Part shown: positions 48,444 through 57,703 of the stretch, one piece after another
Numbering within the stretch: position 1 is the first letter of the stretch
Layout of the letters: each line of letters begins with the position of its first letter
Position numbers and translations under genes: made by a program
Assembly: GCA_965225815.1 (NCBI GenBank)
Contig: CBDDBP010000004.1
Coordinates: 85,074-149,073 of the forward strand
Origin: Dehalococcoidia bacterium
GTDB taxonomy: Bacteria; Chloroflexota; Dehalococcoidia; DSTF01; WHTK01
Direction of reading: 5' to 3'
Length of the DNA: 64,000 nt
The notes under the pieces: model-generated
What the model saw: only the letters and a program-made list of their open reading frames with translations
Databases searched by the model: none
What the model was told of the DNA's origin: nothing

Positions 48444-49136
48444 ATGAATCCTGAAGCATTGGCCGGCTTCGCCAATCGTTTCAACGGCGAGCTCATCAGC
48501 GCTGAAGACGGTGCCTACGATGAGGTGCGCAAGGTCTGGGACGGCATGATCGACAAGCGTCCTGCCGCGATCGTCGGGCCCTACGTCGGGCCGGCCGAGG
48601 AAGGGCAGCTTCTGACACAGCCCCTGTACGAACTGGGCACCGTGCTCTTCGACGGAAGTGAGGTCATGCCGTTTGGCACCGTCCAGGCTTTCTTCGACGA
48701 AGAATATCCAAACGGCAGGCGCTATTACTGGCGCTCTTCTTACCTTCCGGAACTCAGCGACGAGGCCATCGACAAGATTATTAACCTTGGCAGTCGGCGT
48801 CCGTCGCCCCTTACGTCGCTGGACCTCTGGGTCCTCGGCGGCGCCATCGGCGACGTTAGGCTGAACGATACGCCTATTGCCCACCGCGACGCGCCGTTCA
48901 TGGTCGGCATCGAGTCGAACTGGGACGACCCGGCGCAAGACACTGCGAACGTAGCGTGGGCGCGCGAGGTGTTCTCGGCTCTTAAGCCGCATTCGACGGG
49001 CGGTCCCTATATTAACTTCGAGGACCCAGACGACCCGGCGTGGGTTGCTGCAGTCTACGGAGCGAACCATGATCGCCTCATGGATATAACGCGCCGATAC
49101 GACCCCGACAACCGCTTTGGCTCGCGTCGAGCCTAG
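48444..49136 (+). CDS. FAD-linked oxidase-like protein retaining only the extreme N-terminus and the C-terminal BBE-like domain. The FAD-binding PCMH domain is absent.
   Basis: Residues 1-40 (GAYDEVRKVWDGMIDKRPAAIVGP) match the N-terminus of FAD-binding oxidoreductases. The sequence then jumps straight into the C-terminal domain (...PNGRRYYWRSSYLPELSDEAIDKI...PAWVAAVYGANHDRLMDITRRYDPDNRFG). About 200 aa of FAD-binding domain are missing. Confidence 0.55.
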   Translation: MNPEALAGFANRFNGELISAEDGAYDEVRKVWDGMIDKRPAAIVGPYVGPAEEGQLLTQPLYELGTVLFDGSEVMPFGTVQAFFDEEYPNGRRYYWRSSYLPELSDEAIDKIINLGSRRPSPLTSLDLWVLGGAIGDVRLNDTPIAHRDAPFMVGIESNWDDPAQDTANVAWAREVFSALKPHSTGGPYINFEDPDDPAWVAAVYGANHDRLMDITRRYDPDNRFGSRRA

Positions 49137-49432
49137 CGGGCCATGCTTGGTTCATCGCCTTACGCCGACTCGCCTTTAAGAGGCGATATCTCGTTTTGGT
49201 TACACCTGGCACAAGCCCGAGGCTAGATATTGAGCCGGCATTGCAATTGCGCCTGGACGAATCTGGGCGAGTGACGGGATCTCGAGCAAACGGATTCGTA
49301 CCGACTCCACAAATCCTCAGCATTTCAGTCCAGTAGGCCGAGAATACCTTTGTAGGTAGAGACCATGGTAGGTCGGATGTTTTACAGCCGCTTTACGCGA
49401 TTTCGGCCTCCCTACGAGCCGGACACCCGATA

Positions 49433-50110
49433 TTGATCATGAATGGGTGGCAGTTGCTGAAGGAGGCAGGTCATCGCTCTCGTCCTGAGTCAGACCTCTG
49501 CCCTGCGCCAAACCTCACGCTTGAGTTTCGTTCGAGGTATGCCCTCAACGACTCGGCGTTCGTGGTCGCCTGGGAAGTTCAATCTCAGTTGGCGACGCTT
49601 GTCCTGTTCTCGCTTATCGCGTTCGTTTCCATTTGGGTCGCGCTGGCAACGATGCTCGTCTGGTCCATCATCGCCCATCTCATTTACCACCACGCTCGCG
49701 AGCGTGGCCTTCCGGACCTGTTCAGGATTGAACTACCAAAGCGCGGCTGCGGCCGCTACACCTTCATCCGCCACGCTGCTGGTTCCGCGGCCCGACTCTG
49801 GCTCGTCGGCCTGCACAACCTCGTCTTCGCCAGGGCGGCATGTCGCGTCATGCGAAGTGGAGGGGGAGATGGAGCCGGAAGCCGTATTCGCCGTGCCGGA
49901 ATCCTTGGCCTGGGCATGACGTTGTTCGGTGTGACTACAGCTGAGCATCTCCTACGGCGCGCCGGATTCACGGGGCCGGCACTACTCTCCCGCGGCCTGA
50001 TTGGACCTTTTCTCAACGTCCCTTATCGCATCTTCCTGAGCGCTGCGGTCGTCCACGCAGTCGTGAGTGTCACGAAAGCTCTTTGCGGTCTCGGAACCTG
50101 TCTGGCCTGA
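49433..50110 (+). CDS. Hypothetical membrane protein
   Basis: 225 aa with several hydrophobic helices and no recognisable family. It is preceded by a ~300-bp lower-GC intergenic region. Confidence 0.35.
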   Translation: MIMNGWQLLKEAGHRSRPESDLCPAPNLTLEFRSRYALNDSAFVVAWEVQSQLATLVLFSLIAFVSIWVALATMLVWSIIAHLIYHHARERGLPDLFRIELPKRGCGRYTFIRHAAGSAARLWLVGLHNLVFARAACRVMRSGGGDGAGSRIRRAGILGLGMTLFGVTTAEHLLRRAGFTGPALLSRGLIGPFLNVPYRIFLSAAVVHAVVSVTKALCGLGTCLA

Positions 50111-50144
50111 GAGGCTACGGAGCGGGCTCGAAGGGATGGCTGAG

Positions 50145-51101
50145 CTACGGTGACGGCTCAGCGCCAGGCGCCTCATCGAATAGCTGGACGAATTGCCACC
50201 CGAAACGCCCCTTGATGCAGAGGTTCCCGCTGGTCACGTCGTGATCTAGCGGGGAGGTCACTTTGACTATCCGGTCATCCTGAACATGCAGCTCCAGCGT
50301 GCAACCAACGCCACAGTAAGGGCAGATCGTGTCCGTCTTCGTCTGACGTCCTTCGTCCCAGGTGCCCGCCTGCCGCATATCGTACTCGGACTTGAACATG
50401 AGAGACCCGGTGGGGCAGACGGCAATGCAGTTGCCGCAATACACGCAGGCCGAATCCGGCAGAGGTGTCGTGAACTCGGTTGAAACGCGAGCATCAAAGC
50501 CGCGCCCGGCGATCCCCAGGGCGAACGTGTTCTGATGATCGTAGCCGCACGCCTCGACGCACTTGTAGCAGAGGATGCAGCGAGAGTAGTCACGAACGTA
50601 CAGGTTGTTGTCCACTTTGACCGGCTGATGCACTGTTGCCGCGTTGCCATCGGTCGCGTGATGGTGCCCGGTCAAGGCGGCGTCGCGTTCGCCTTCGTTG
50701 GCTGCCGCCGCCGCCGGGCCGAACCGTGCAGGCTGAGCGGCGTAGCGCTCAAGGTACCCCTGCACCTCAGGAGGCGCGTAGGACAGATCTACTGACGACG
50801 CGAGGAGTTCTAGCACCAGGCGCCGGCTGTGCTCAACGCGCTCGCTATCCGTCTTGACGACCATGCCTGGATCAACCTTGCGGGAACATGCCGGTACTAG
50901 CGTTCGCGAGCCTTCGAGCTCTACCACGCAGAGCCGGCACGCGTTAACCGGCGTTAACGTCTCCAGGTAGCACAGCGTCGGCGTGTCGATCCCCTGCTCC
51001 CGGCAGGCATCCAGGATCGAGGTGCCCTCAGCTACGCTGACTGGTCGCCCGTCGATCGTCAGCTCCACCTGGCGTGTCGGCGCTGCAAGACGGTTGGTCA
51101 C
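50145..51101 (-). CDS. Formate dehydrogenase Fe-S subunit carrying the N-terminal domains usually fused to FdhA/NuoG (2Fe-2S ferredoxin, two 4Fe-4S, and the MopB 4Fe-4S domain; HylA/NuoG-N-terminal-like)
   Basis: 318 aa with an N-terminal 2Fe-2S (CYLETLTPVNACRLCVVE), CxxCxxCxxxCP ferredoxin motifs, and at the C-terminus ICPYCGVGCTLELHVQDDRIVKVTSPLDHDVTSGNLCIKGRFGW (the molybdopterin-oxidoreductase Fe4S4 domain). Confidence 0.8.
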   Translation of the reverse strand: MTNRLAAPTRQVELTIDGRPVSVAEGTSILDACREQGIDTPTLCYLETLTPVNACRLCVVELEGSRTLVPACSRKVDPGMVVKTDSERVEHSRRLVLELLASSVDLSYAPPEVQGYLERYAAQPARFGPAAAAANEGERDAALTGHHHATDGNAATVHQPVKVDNNLYVRDYSRCILCYKCVEACGYDHQNTFALGIAGRGFDARVSTEFTTPLPDSACVYCGNCIAVCPTGSLMFKSEYDMRQAGTWDEGRQTKTDTICPYCGVGCTLELHVQDDRIVKVTSPLDHDVTSGNLCIKGRFGWQFVQLFDEAPGAEPSP

Positions 51102-52990
51102 GAAGTCCTCCCTTTCTGAAAGACGCCCAGTTTCTCGATAGCCGACTGCACCGCGCTCGCGGCGGTCTGGCCCAGGCCGCAGATTGAAGCGTCGCGCATG
51201 ACCTGCGCAATCTCGCCAATGAGCATGACATCATCGCTTACGGTCCCCAGTGGACGCCCTGCGGCCAATCGCTGTAGAGCCTCTTCCTGTCGCTGCGTTC
51301 CAACACGACAAGGGACGCATTGCCCACACGATTCGTCACGGAAAAATGCGCCGATACGCGACACGAAACCTTCTAGGTCGGCACTTTCGGCGATTGCCAT
51401 CACAACACCCGACCCCAGTGACGCGCCGATGTCCCGCGTACCCTCGAATGTCAGCGGCACGTCCAATTCATCGGGCAGTACAAATCCGCCCGCCGCGCCA
51501 CCCAGCAGAACGGCTCGCAGGATTTCGCCAGATGGCAATCCTCCAGCCATTGCCATTAGCTCTCTTAGCGTGACGCCGAACGGCACCTCGTAGACGCCGG
51601 GACGCTGAATCGCGCCCGATAGGCAGAACAGCTTGGTACCCTTCGACTCCTGCGTTCCTGTCGCCGCATAGGCAGCTCCGCCTCGCATCACGATGTCGAT
51701 GACGTTGATCAATGTCTCGACGTTGTTGATAACGGTCGGCTTGCCGAATAGACCGACCTGCGTCGGGAAAGGCGGCTTGTTGCGAGGCTCCCCGCGGAAG
51801 CCTTCGATAGAGTTAAAGAGCGCGGTCTCCTCGCCGCAGATATAGGCTCCGGCGCCCAATCTCAACTCAATATCGAACGCGATGTCCGAGTTCATCACGC
51901 CTTGGCCCAGGAAGCCACGTCGACGGGCGGTCGCAATGGCGTTTTGCAACCGTTGGGCCGCCAGCGGGTATTCGCCGCGAAGATAGATATAGCCCCGCGC
52001 CGCGCCGGCCGCGTAGCCGGCGATCGTCATTGATTCGATGACCGAGAACGGGTCTTCCTCCATGATTACGCGATTGCTGAAGGTTCCAGGCTCCGACTCG
52101 TCGGCGTTGCAGACAACGTAGTGCGGCCGTACTGGTGCCGAAGCCACATCTTGCCACTTGCGTCCTGTGGGAAAGGCCGCTCCGCCTCGACCTTGTAGAC
52201 CCGATTCTTGAACCTCGCGAATGATCCCCGCAGAACCCAACTCGATCGCCCGCCGCAGTGCCGTATAACCGCCAGCCGCCCGATACTCATCGAGACTCCC
52301 TGGGTCGATCCGTCCAACGCGCTCAAGAAGACGAAGAGCCTGACCGTTTCGATCCAGCGTTTGGGGAGCTGATGGCGATCCCTTGCGCCGCACCGGGGTC
52401 TCCGGCGCTCCGGCGCCAGACGCTAGCTGCGCAACGACTACATCCGCGCTCGCCGGCGCAATGACCACGTCGCTCGCAGCCTCTCCTGAATGCTGGAAGA
52501 GAACCGCAGGGGCCATTTCGCAGAGACCTAGACAAGGACTGTGTTTCCACGTTACCTCGCCATTCAACGTAGGCTGGCCTGCCAGGCCTGGTTCCTGCTC
52601 TAGCGCCTGGCAAAGCTCCAGCCCTCCTGCCATTCGGCAGGCAAGGTCATCACAGACGTGGGCAACACGGGGAGGCATCGGTTCGACATAGAGCAAGGCG
52701 TAAAACGTGGCAACGCCGTAGGCCTCTGCCGGCGGGACTTCAAGACGCTGACAGATGTAATTCAGGGCGCCCGGAGTAATGTATCCGACTCGTCGTTGAA
52801 CAGCCTCCAGCGTTGGTAAGAGAAGGTGCCGTTCCTTACGGGAGTCGTACCCGCCGCGACCGAGAAACCAGTCGTCCGCCGCATTCTCGCGGCGAATCTC
52901 CCAACCCGTCTCCGGCTGGCCGAGCAACGCATCCACCGCGGCTCGTTCGGAGTCATCCGGAACGGCGTTCGGGATTAGATGTAGGTCCAC
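51098..52990 (-). CDS. NAD(P)H-dependent formate dehydrogenase/NADH dehydrogenase diaphorase subunit, a fused NuoE-like (thioredoxin-like 2Fe-2S) and NuoF-like (FMN/NAD/4Fe-4S) protein
   Basis: 630 aa. The N-terminal NuoE-like domain (VCDDLACRMAGG) precedes NuoF motifs (GGAGAYICGEETAL; ESCGQCVPCRVG). Confidence 0.85.
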   Translation of the reverse strand: MDLHLIPNAVPDDSERAAVDALLGQPETGWEIRRENAADDWFLGRGGYDSRKERHLLLPTLEAVQRRVGYITPGALNYICQRLEVPPAEAYGVATFYALLYVEPMPPRVAHVCDDLACRMAGGLELCQALEQEPGLAGQPTLNGEVTWKHSPCLGLCEMAPAVLFQHSGEAASDVVIAPASADVVVAQLASGAGAPETPVRRKGSPSAPQTLDRNGQALRLLERVGRIDPGSLDEYRAAGGYTALRRAIELGSAGIIREVQESGLQGRGGAAFPTGRKWQDVASAPVRPHYVVCNADESEPGTFSNRVIMEEDPFSVIESMTIAGYAAGAARGYIYLRGEYPLAAQRLQNAIATARRRGFLGQGVMNSDIAFDIELRLGAGAYICGEETALFNSIEGFRGEPRNKPPFPTQVGLFGKPTVINNVETLINVIDIVMRGGAAYAATGTQESKGTKLFCLSGAIQRPGVYEVPFGVTLRELMAMAGGLPSGEILRAVLLGGAAGGFVLPDELDVPLTFEGTRDIGASLGSGVVMAIAESADLEGFVSRIGAFFRDESCGQCVPCRVGTQRQEEALQRLAAGRPLGTVSDDVMLIGEIAQVMRDASICGLGQTAASAVQSAIEKLGVFQKGRTS

Positions 52991-52999
52991 GTTGGCAGT

Positions 53000-54919
53000 C
53001 TAAACCAATGCTTGGCTTGGAGCAGTTGAGAGCTTTTCTATGCGTATGGCGGCAGCCTTGAACTCAGCCGTACCGGACCGCGGGTCTGTCTCGTCAATCG
53101 TAATAGTGTTTGAGGCGACGTCATCCGGGAAATGCAACGTCATGAACGCAAGCCCAGGACGGAGGGTCGAATCGAACCTGACCGGTGCCTCGATGGCACC
53201 ACGCCGCGAAACCACCCGGACGATTTCGCCATCAGCCAACCCGAGGCGCAAGCCGTCTTCAGCGTGGATATCCAGAGATTCGCCCCTGCGCAGAGGCGAC
53301 GTGTAACCGCCTGTCTGGACGCCCGTGTTGAACGAATCGAGACGCCGACCGGTGGTAAGCCTGATCGGGTACTCCTCACTGAGCTGCTCAACCGGCCCCT
53401 CATGTTCAACGACGCTGAACGGAGCCGGCGGGCCCTCCAGAGGCTCGCTCCAAAGCCGGCCGTGGAGGAATTGGCTTCCGGGATGATCCTCCGCCGGGCA
53501 CGGCCAGTGGATGCCGTTGAGTTCCTCGAGGCGCGAGTAGCTCATGCCTCTGTGCCAGTCAGAAAGGCCGCGTAGCTCGTCCCATACGGCTTCCGCAGTC
53601 AGGTGACCCCAGTCGTGACCCATCAGCCGGGCAACTTCGCAAATCAGCTCCATATCGTCGCGCACGCCCTGAGGCGGATTCAACGCTTTGCGCACTCGTT
53701 GGACTCGACGTTCCGAACTAGTCACGGTCCCTTCAGACTCGCACCAGGAGGCGGCCGCAGGGAAAACAACGTTGGCGAGCTCAGCTGTCGCGGTAAGAAA
53801 GATGTCCTGCACAACCAGGTGGTCGAGGCCAGACAGGAGCTTTACTGCGCGTGTCGTGTCAGCCTCCGATTGGGCTGGGTTCTCTCCGATCACGTAGAGG
53901 GCCCGTAACTCACCCTCCTCCATTGCGTCGAACATCTCTGTCAGATTCTTCCCGCGCTTCGTGGAAAGCAATCGCTCGTAGACGCGCTCGAAGGGTGCCC
54001 GCTGCTGCTCGTTTTCGAGGTCGTTGCCGCCCGGTAGCCGGTTAGGCAGAGCGCCCATGTCGCCGCCGCCCTGGACGTTGTTCTGACCGCGCAGCGGCAC
54101 TAAGCCTGAACCGTAGCGGCCGATGTGTCCCGTAAGGAGCGCAAGGTTACACAGCGCCAGCACGTTATCGACGGCGTTGTGGTGCTCCGTAATACCAAGC
54201 GTCCAGCACAATTGCGCACGGTCCGCCCGGGCATAGGTGTGCGCCAGTTCGCGGATCGTGTCTGCCGGGACGCCGGTTACCTCCTGAGCGTAGTCGAGCG
54301 TATAAGGCTGGACGCACTGCTCATACTCCGCGAACCCGGTTGTCGCGTGCTGAATGAACGCCTCGTTGTGCAAGCCAGAAGCGATGATTTCGCGGCCAAT
54401 CGCGTTCGCCAGCGCGATGTCTGAACCGACGTCGAGGCCAAGCCACAGGTCAGCCCATTGCGCCGAAACGGTCCGCCGTGGGTCTACGACAGCCAGTCGG
54501 GCACCCCGGTTCACCGCCTTCATGACATGGTGAAAGTAGATAGGGTGAGTTTCGCGCGCGTTAGAACCCCAGAGGATGATGAGGTCTGCCTCTTCGGCCT
54601 CTTTGTATGAGCTCGTTCCCCCGCCTGCCCCGAATACTGCCGTCAGACCGACGACGCTGGGAGCGTGTCAAGTGCGGTTGCAGGAATCGATATTGTTGGT
54701 TCCGATGACCTGCCGGGCGAACTTCTGAGCCAGGTAGTTGACCTCGTTCGTCGCCTTGGAGCAGGAGAACAGGCCAAAGCTGTCAGGGCCATGCGCCGAA
54801 ACCGTGTCGCGGAATCCTTCTGCGGCGACAGCAAGTGCTTCGTCCCAAGTGGCCGGCCTCAGTTCCCCTCGCCTCCGGACGAGCGGCTGAGTCAATCTCG
54901 TATAACGCTTGGGCATCAC
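53000..54919 (-). CDS. fdhA: Formate dehydrogenase catalytic subunit, selenocysteine-containing (in-frame TGA at 54668-54670). It lacks the N-terminal Fe4S4 domain.
   Basis: ORFs 54668..54919 and 53000..54523 are in the same frame (54670-54523=147). Read-through gives ...NNIDSCNRT-U-HAPSVVGLTAVFGAGGGTSSYKEAEEADLIILWGSNARETHPIYFHHVMKAVNRGARLAVVDPRR, the FdhF/FdhA Sec active-site motif (cf. E. coli CCARV-U-HGPSV). The molybdopterin dinucleotide-binding C-terminus is present. A TAA at 54938-54940 closes the frame upstream, so the N-terminus is MMPKRYTRLTQPL... Confidence 0.8.
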
Positions 54920-54984
54920 ACCCCCTAGGCAATCAGCTTAGCGATGGCGCGGAGGGCAGTAAAGATTCACGGCACCAGGTAAGG

Positions 54985-55908
54985 CTATTCGACCAGACGT
55001 TTGGCGCCGCTGTACACATTCAACGAATCAGGCTTTACAAAGCCGCAAAGCGTTATGTTAAATGATTCGGCCAACTCAGCCGCCAGGCTTGACGGCGCTC
55101 CAACGGCTGCGACGACCGGGATGCGCGACACCAACGCTTTCTGTAGGAGCTCGAAGCTGGCCCGCCCACTCAGCATCAGAACGTAATCTGAGAGCGGCAT
55201 TGCTTCATGGAGGAAACGGTCACCAATCAGCTTGTCTACCGCATTGTGACGGCCAACGTCTTCGTACACCGCGACGAGATTGCCGTTGCCGTCAAAGAGG
55301 CCTGCGGCATGAAGACCACCCGTCTGTTCGAACACCACCTGCGCCTCTCGAACTCTTGCCGGCAACTCGCAGACCAGCTGCGCCGAGACCTCGAAGCCGG
55401 ATGGAATTGAGTCGCAGCCCTGGACTTCGAGTGATTCGAGCGCCGCCTTGCCACAGACGCCGCAGCTTGAGGTGGTGTAAAAGTTCCGCTCAAGGCGGGA
55501 AGAGTCGAAGACGAGGCCGGGCCGGAGCGTCACCCTGACCACGTTGAATGCCTGCTCCTCGGCTTCGTCGGTGCAGTAGGACACGTCGGCCACATCCTCG
55601 CGACCGCCGAGGATGCCCTCGCCGTACAGAAACCCCACGGCGAGCTCAAAATCGCTGCCAGGTGTCCGCATCGTCACGGCGATGCTCTTGGTGACGGAGT
55701 CTCGGCCGTCATTCCAGGTCAGACGTATTTCTAACGGCTCCTCGCCGGCAAGTCGGTCGTCAACCTCAGCCCAAGCACCAGCACGCCAACGACGGATCCG
55801 GTGGTCGATCAGTCCCCTCGGCTTGAAAGCGGTCATCGATGGTGCCTCGGATTCGTCGTTATGACGACTAGCATACCAGTAGGATCGGGCTAAGAGCGGC
55901 CAAGACAC
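54985..55908 (-). CDS. fdhD: Formate dehydrogenase accessory sulfurtransferase FdhD
   Basis: 307 aa with SSCGVCGKAALE and GLHAAGLFD...GRHNAVDK, the FdhD/NarQ family motifs. Confidence 0.85.
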   Translation of the reverse strand: MSWPLLARSYWYASRHNDESEAPSMTAFKPRGLIDHRIRRWRAGAWAEVDDRLAGEEPLEIRLTWNDGRDSVTKSIAVTMRTPGSDFELAVGFLYGEGILGGREDVADVSYCTDEAEEQAFNVVRVTLRPGLVFDSSRLERNFYTTSSCGVCGKAALESLEVQGCDSIPSGFEVSAQLVCELPARVREAQVVFEQTGGLHAAGLFDGNGNLVAVYEDVGRHNAVDKLIGDRFLHEAMPLSDYVLMLSGRASFELLQKALVSRIPVVAAVGAPSSLAAELAESFNITLCGFVKPDSLNVYSGAKRLVE

Positions 55909-55949
55909 CCGTTACGCGAAGCACGAACGGCGCGCTCAGCGCCCTCGTC

Positions 55950-56453
55950 CTACCAGGGCAGACCCTTCAAGCCCATCACACCCTTAAGCGACGCGATCTC
56001 GCCGGCGTGGAACGACATGTGCACCAACACCGTATCGGCTATAACCCACGCCATCGATTCGTTGCGGCCAAAGAAATCGATCGGCCTGTCGAGATCCGCA
56101 TCGGTGAGGCTATCGAGAAAGGCATCAGTCGCCTCGATTACAGCCTTACCGTATGCCTGCAACTCCGCCATGTGAGTCTGAGCCACTTCGACCCAGTCGG
56201 GGTCCTTACCTTCTTCGATACCGAGCTTCGCGGCCCACGACCCCGTCTTCAGGATCTGTTCCTTGCCCTGGATCAGCTCGTTGAAGGCCCAATCCTCTCC
56301 GGAGACGGTGTGACCGTAGATCTCACCGATTGGCCCAATGGTGGCTCCGGGCAGCCTGGTCCCGAGTGTCTTGGCATCAGTCTCTTGAATAGCCGCATCG
56401 AGATACTGGCGCGTCATGCCCAGCGTCTCCTTGATAGAATCCACTCCGTTCAT
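55950..56453 (-). CDS. DinB/YfiT-like (DinB_2 superfamily) metal-dependent protein
   Basis: 167 aa four-helix-bundle DinB-family pattern with His residues (H..E...H). Weak family call. Confidence 0.55.
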   Translation of the reverse strand: MNGVDSIKETLGMTRQYLDAAIQETDAKTLGTRLPGATIGPIGEIYGHTVSGEDWAFNELIQGKEQILKTGSWAAKLGIEEGKDPDWVEVAQTHMAELQAYGKAVIEATDAFLDSLTDADLDRPIDFFGRNESMAWVIADTVLVHMSFHAGEIASLKGVMGLKGLPW

Positions 56454-56521
56454 GTTTTCCTCCTAGGAATTTCGCACTGGGCCGAATCCTATCAGGAAAA
56501 TCCGCCGACGTTGAGAAGCTG

Positions 56522-57562
56522 GTGCGCTTCATAGCCCATCTTTTAGTTACTTCTTCGGGGTATCGGTCCAACGGAAAGACTAGGCTCTTGGCTGAGATTC
56601 GTATCGACAACCATCTGAATGACGAGGACTTCTTCAGCAGCATGGCGGAGGACGTGCGTCAGGGCCTTACCGCTGCAGTCAAACGCCTCCAGCCCAAGTA
56701 CTTCTACGACGAACGTGGCTCAGAGCTCTTTGAGCGGATCACCGAGCTACCCGAGTACTATCCGATGCGCGAAGAGGGAGCACTCCTGGACCTGATCTCA
56801 CCACGCCTGGTCGAATCCATGGGCCCGAACGAGATCGTGGAGCTGGGTTCGGGATCTTCCACCAAGACGCGAGCGCTTCTGGACGCCGGTCGTGCTAACG
56901 GTTGTCTCAGTCGCTACGTCGCCTTCGACGTCAGCGAGTCGATTATTCGTCTCGCCATGAGCGATCTTCTGCAGCGCTACGAAGGCCTCGAAGTGAGTGG
57001 GATTGTCGGAGACTTTCTCCGCCACCTCGACAAAATTCCCGAACAGTCGGGGCGAAGGCTTGTCCTCTTCCTTGGCGGCACACTGGGCAACCTATACCAA
57101 GAAGAGCGCATCAGGCTGCTTCGCGAGATCTGCGGCTTGTTGGAGCCTGAAGATCGCTTGCTTGTTGGGTTCGACCTGGTTAAGGACAGTGCCCTGATCG
57201 AAGCTGCGTACAACGACGCTCAGGGAGTCACCGCCGACTTCAATCGAAACATGTTGAACGTCATCAACGACGGCCTGGATGGCGATTTCCAGCCCGACGC
57301 CTACGACCACTACGCGTTCTTCAACACCGAAGAGTCGCGCATTGAGATGCATCTGCGCCCTCGGTCGAAACAGGTGGTCCACCTCAAGAAGCTCGACCTG
57401 GCTGTAGAAATTGAGCCACCGCAGACCATCTGGACCGAGAGCTCCCACAAGTTCACCCGTGATTCGGTCGAGGAGATGCTCACCGCTTCGGGCCTATCAC
57501 TAAAGGAGTGGCACGCCGCGTCAAAGAACATGTTTGCCCTGGCGCTCGCAGGCCCGGCCTGA
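56522..57562 (+). CDS. egtD: L-histidine N(alpha)-methyltransferase (ergothioneine biosynthesis)
   Basis: DVRQGLTAAVKRLQPKYFYDERGSELFERITELPEYYPMREE...VELGSGSSTKTRALL closely matches the EgtD N-terminus. The start could alternatively be the TTG at 56588. Confidence 0.85.
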   Translation: MRFIAHLLVTSSGYRSNGKTRLLAEIRIDNHLNDEDFFSSMAEDVRQGLTAAVKRLQPKYFYDERGSELFERITELPEYYPMREEGALLDLISPRLVESMGPNEIVELGSGSSTKTRALLDAGRANGCLSRYVAFDVSESIIRLAMSDLLQRYEGLEVSGIVGDFLRHLDKIPEQSGRRLVLFLGGTLGNLYQEERIRLLREICGLLEPEDRLLVGFDLVKDSALIEAAYNDAQGVTADFNRNMLNVINDGLDGDFQPDAYDHYAFFNTEESRIEMHLRPRSKQVVHLKKLDLAVEIEPPQTIWTESSHKFTRDSVEEMLTASGLSLKEWHAASKNMFALALAGPA

Positions 57563-57703
57563 CGTCCGGGACCGTATCGTGGCCTCTGATGCTTCGTAAC
57601 ATTAATCACAGTTCGCTGAGCAGTAATTGATACAATGGCCGGGTCACGGGCTGGGGCACGCACTTCTTGCGCGCACAATTCCTTTTTCTCCATTTCCTCA
57701 GGA

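Noticed and set aside
49137-49432. Possible sRNA or terminator in the ~300-bp lower-GC gap (hairpin TCGCCTTTAAGAGGCGA followed by a T-rich run at ~49176-49205)
   Set aside because: It is a plausible terminator for the upstream gene. I could not recognise any known ncRNA family, so the evidence is too weak to call.
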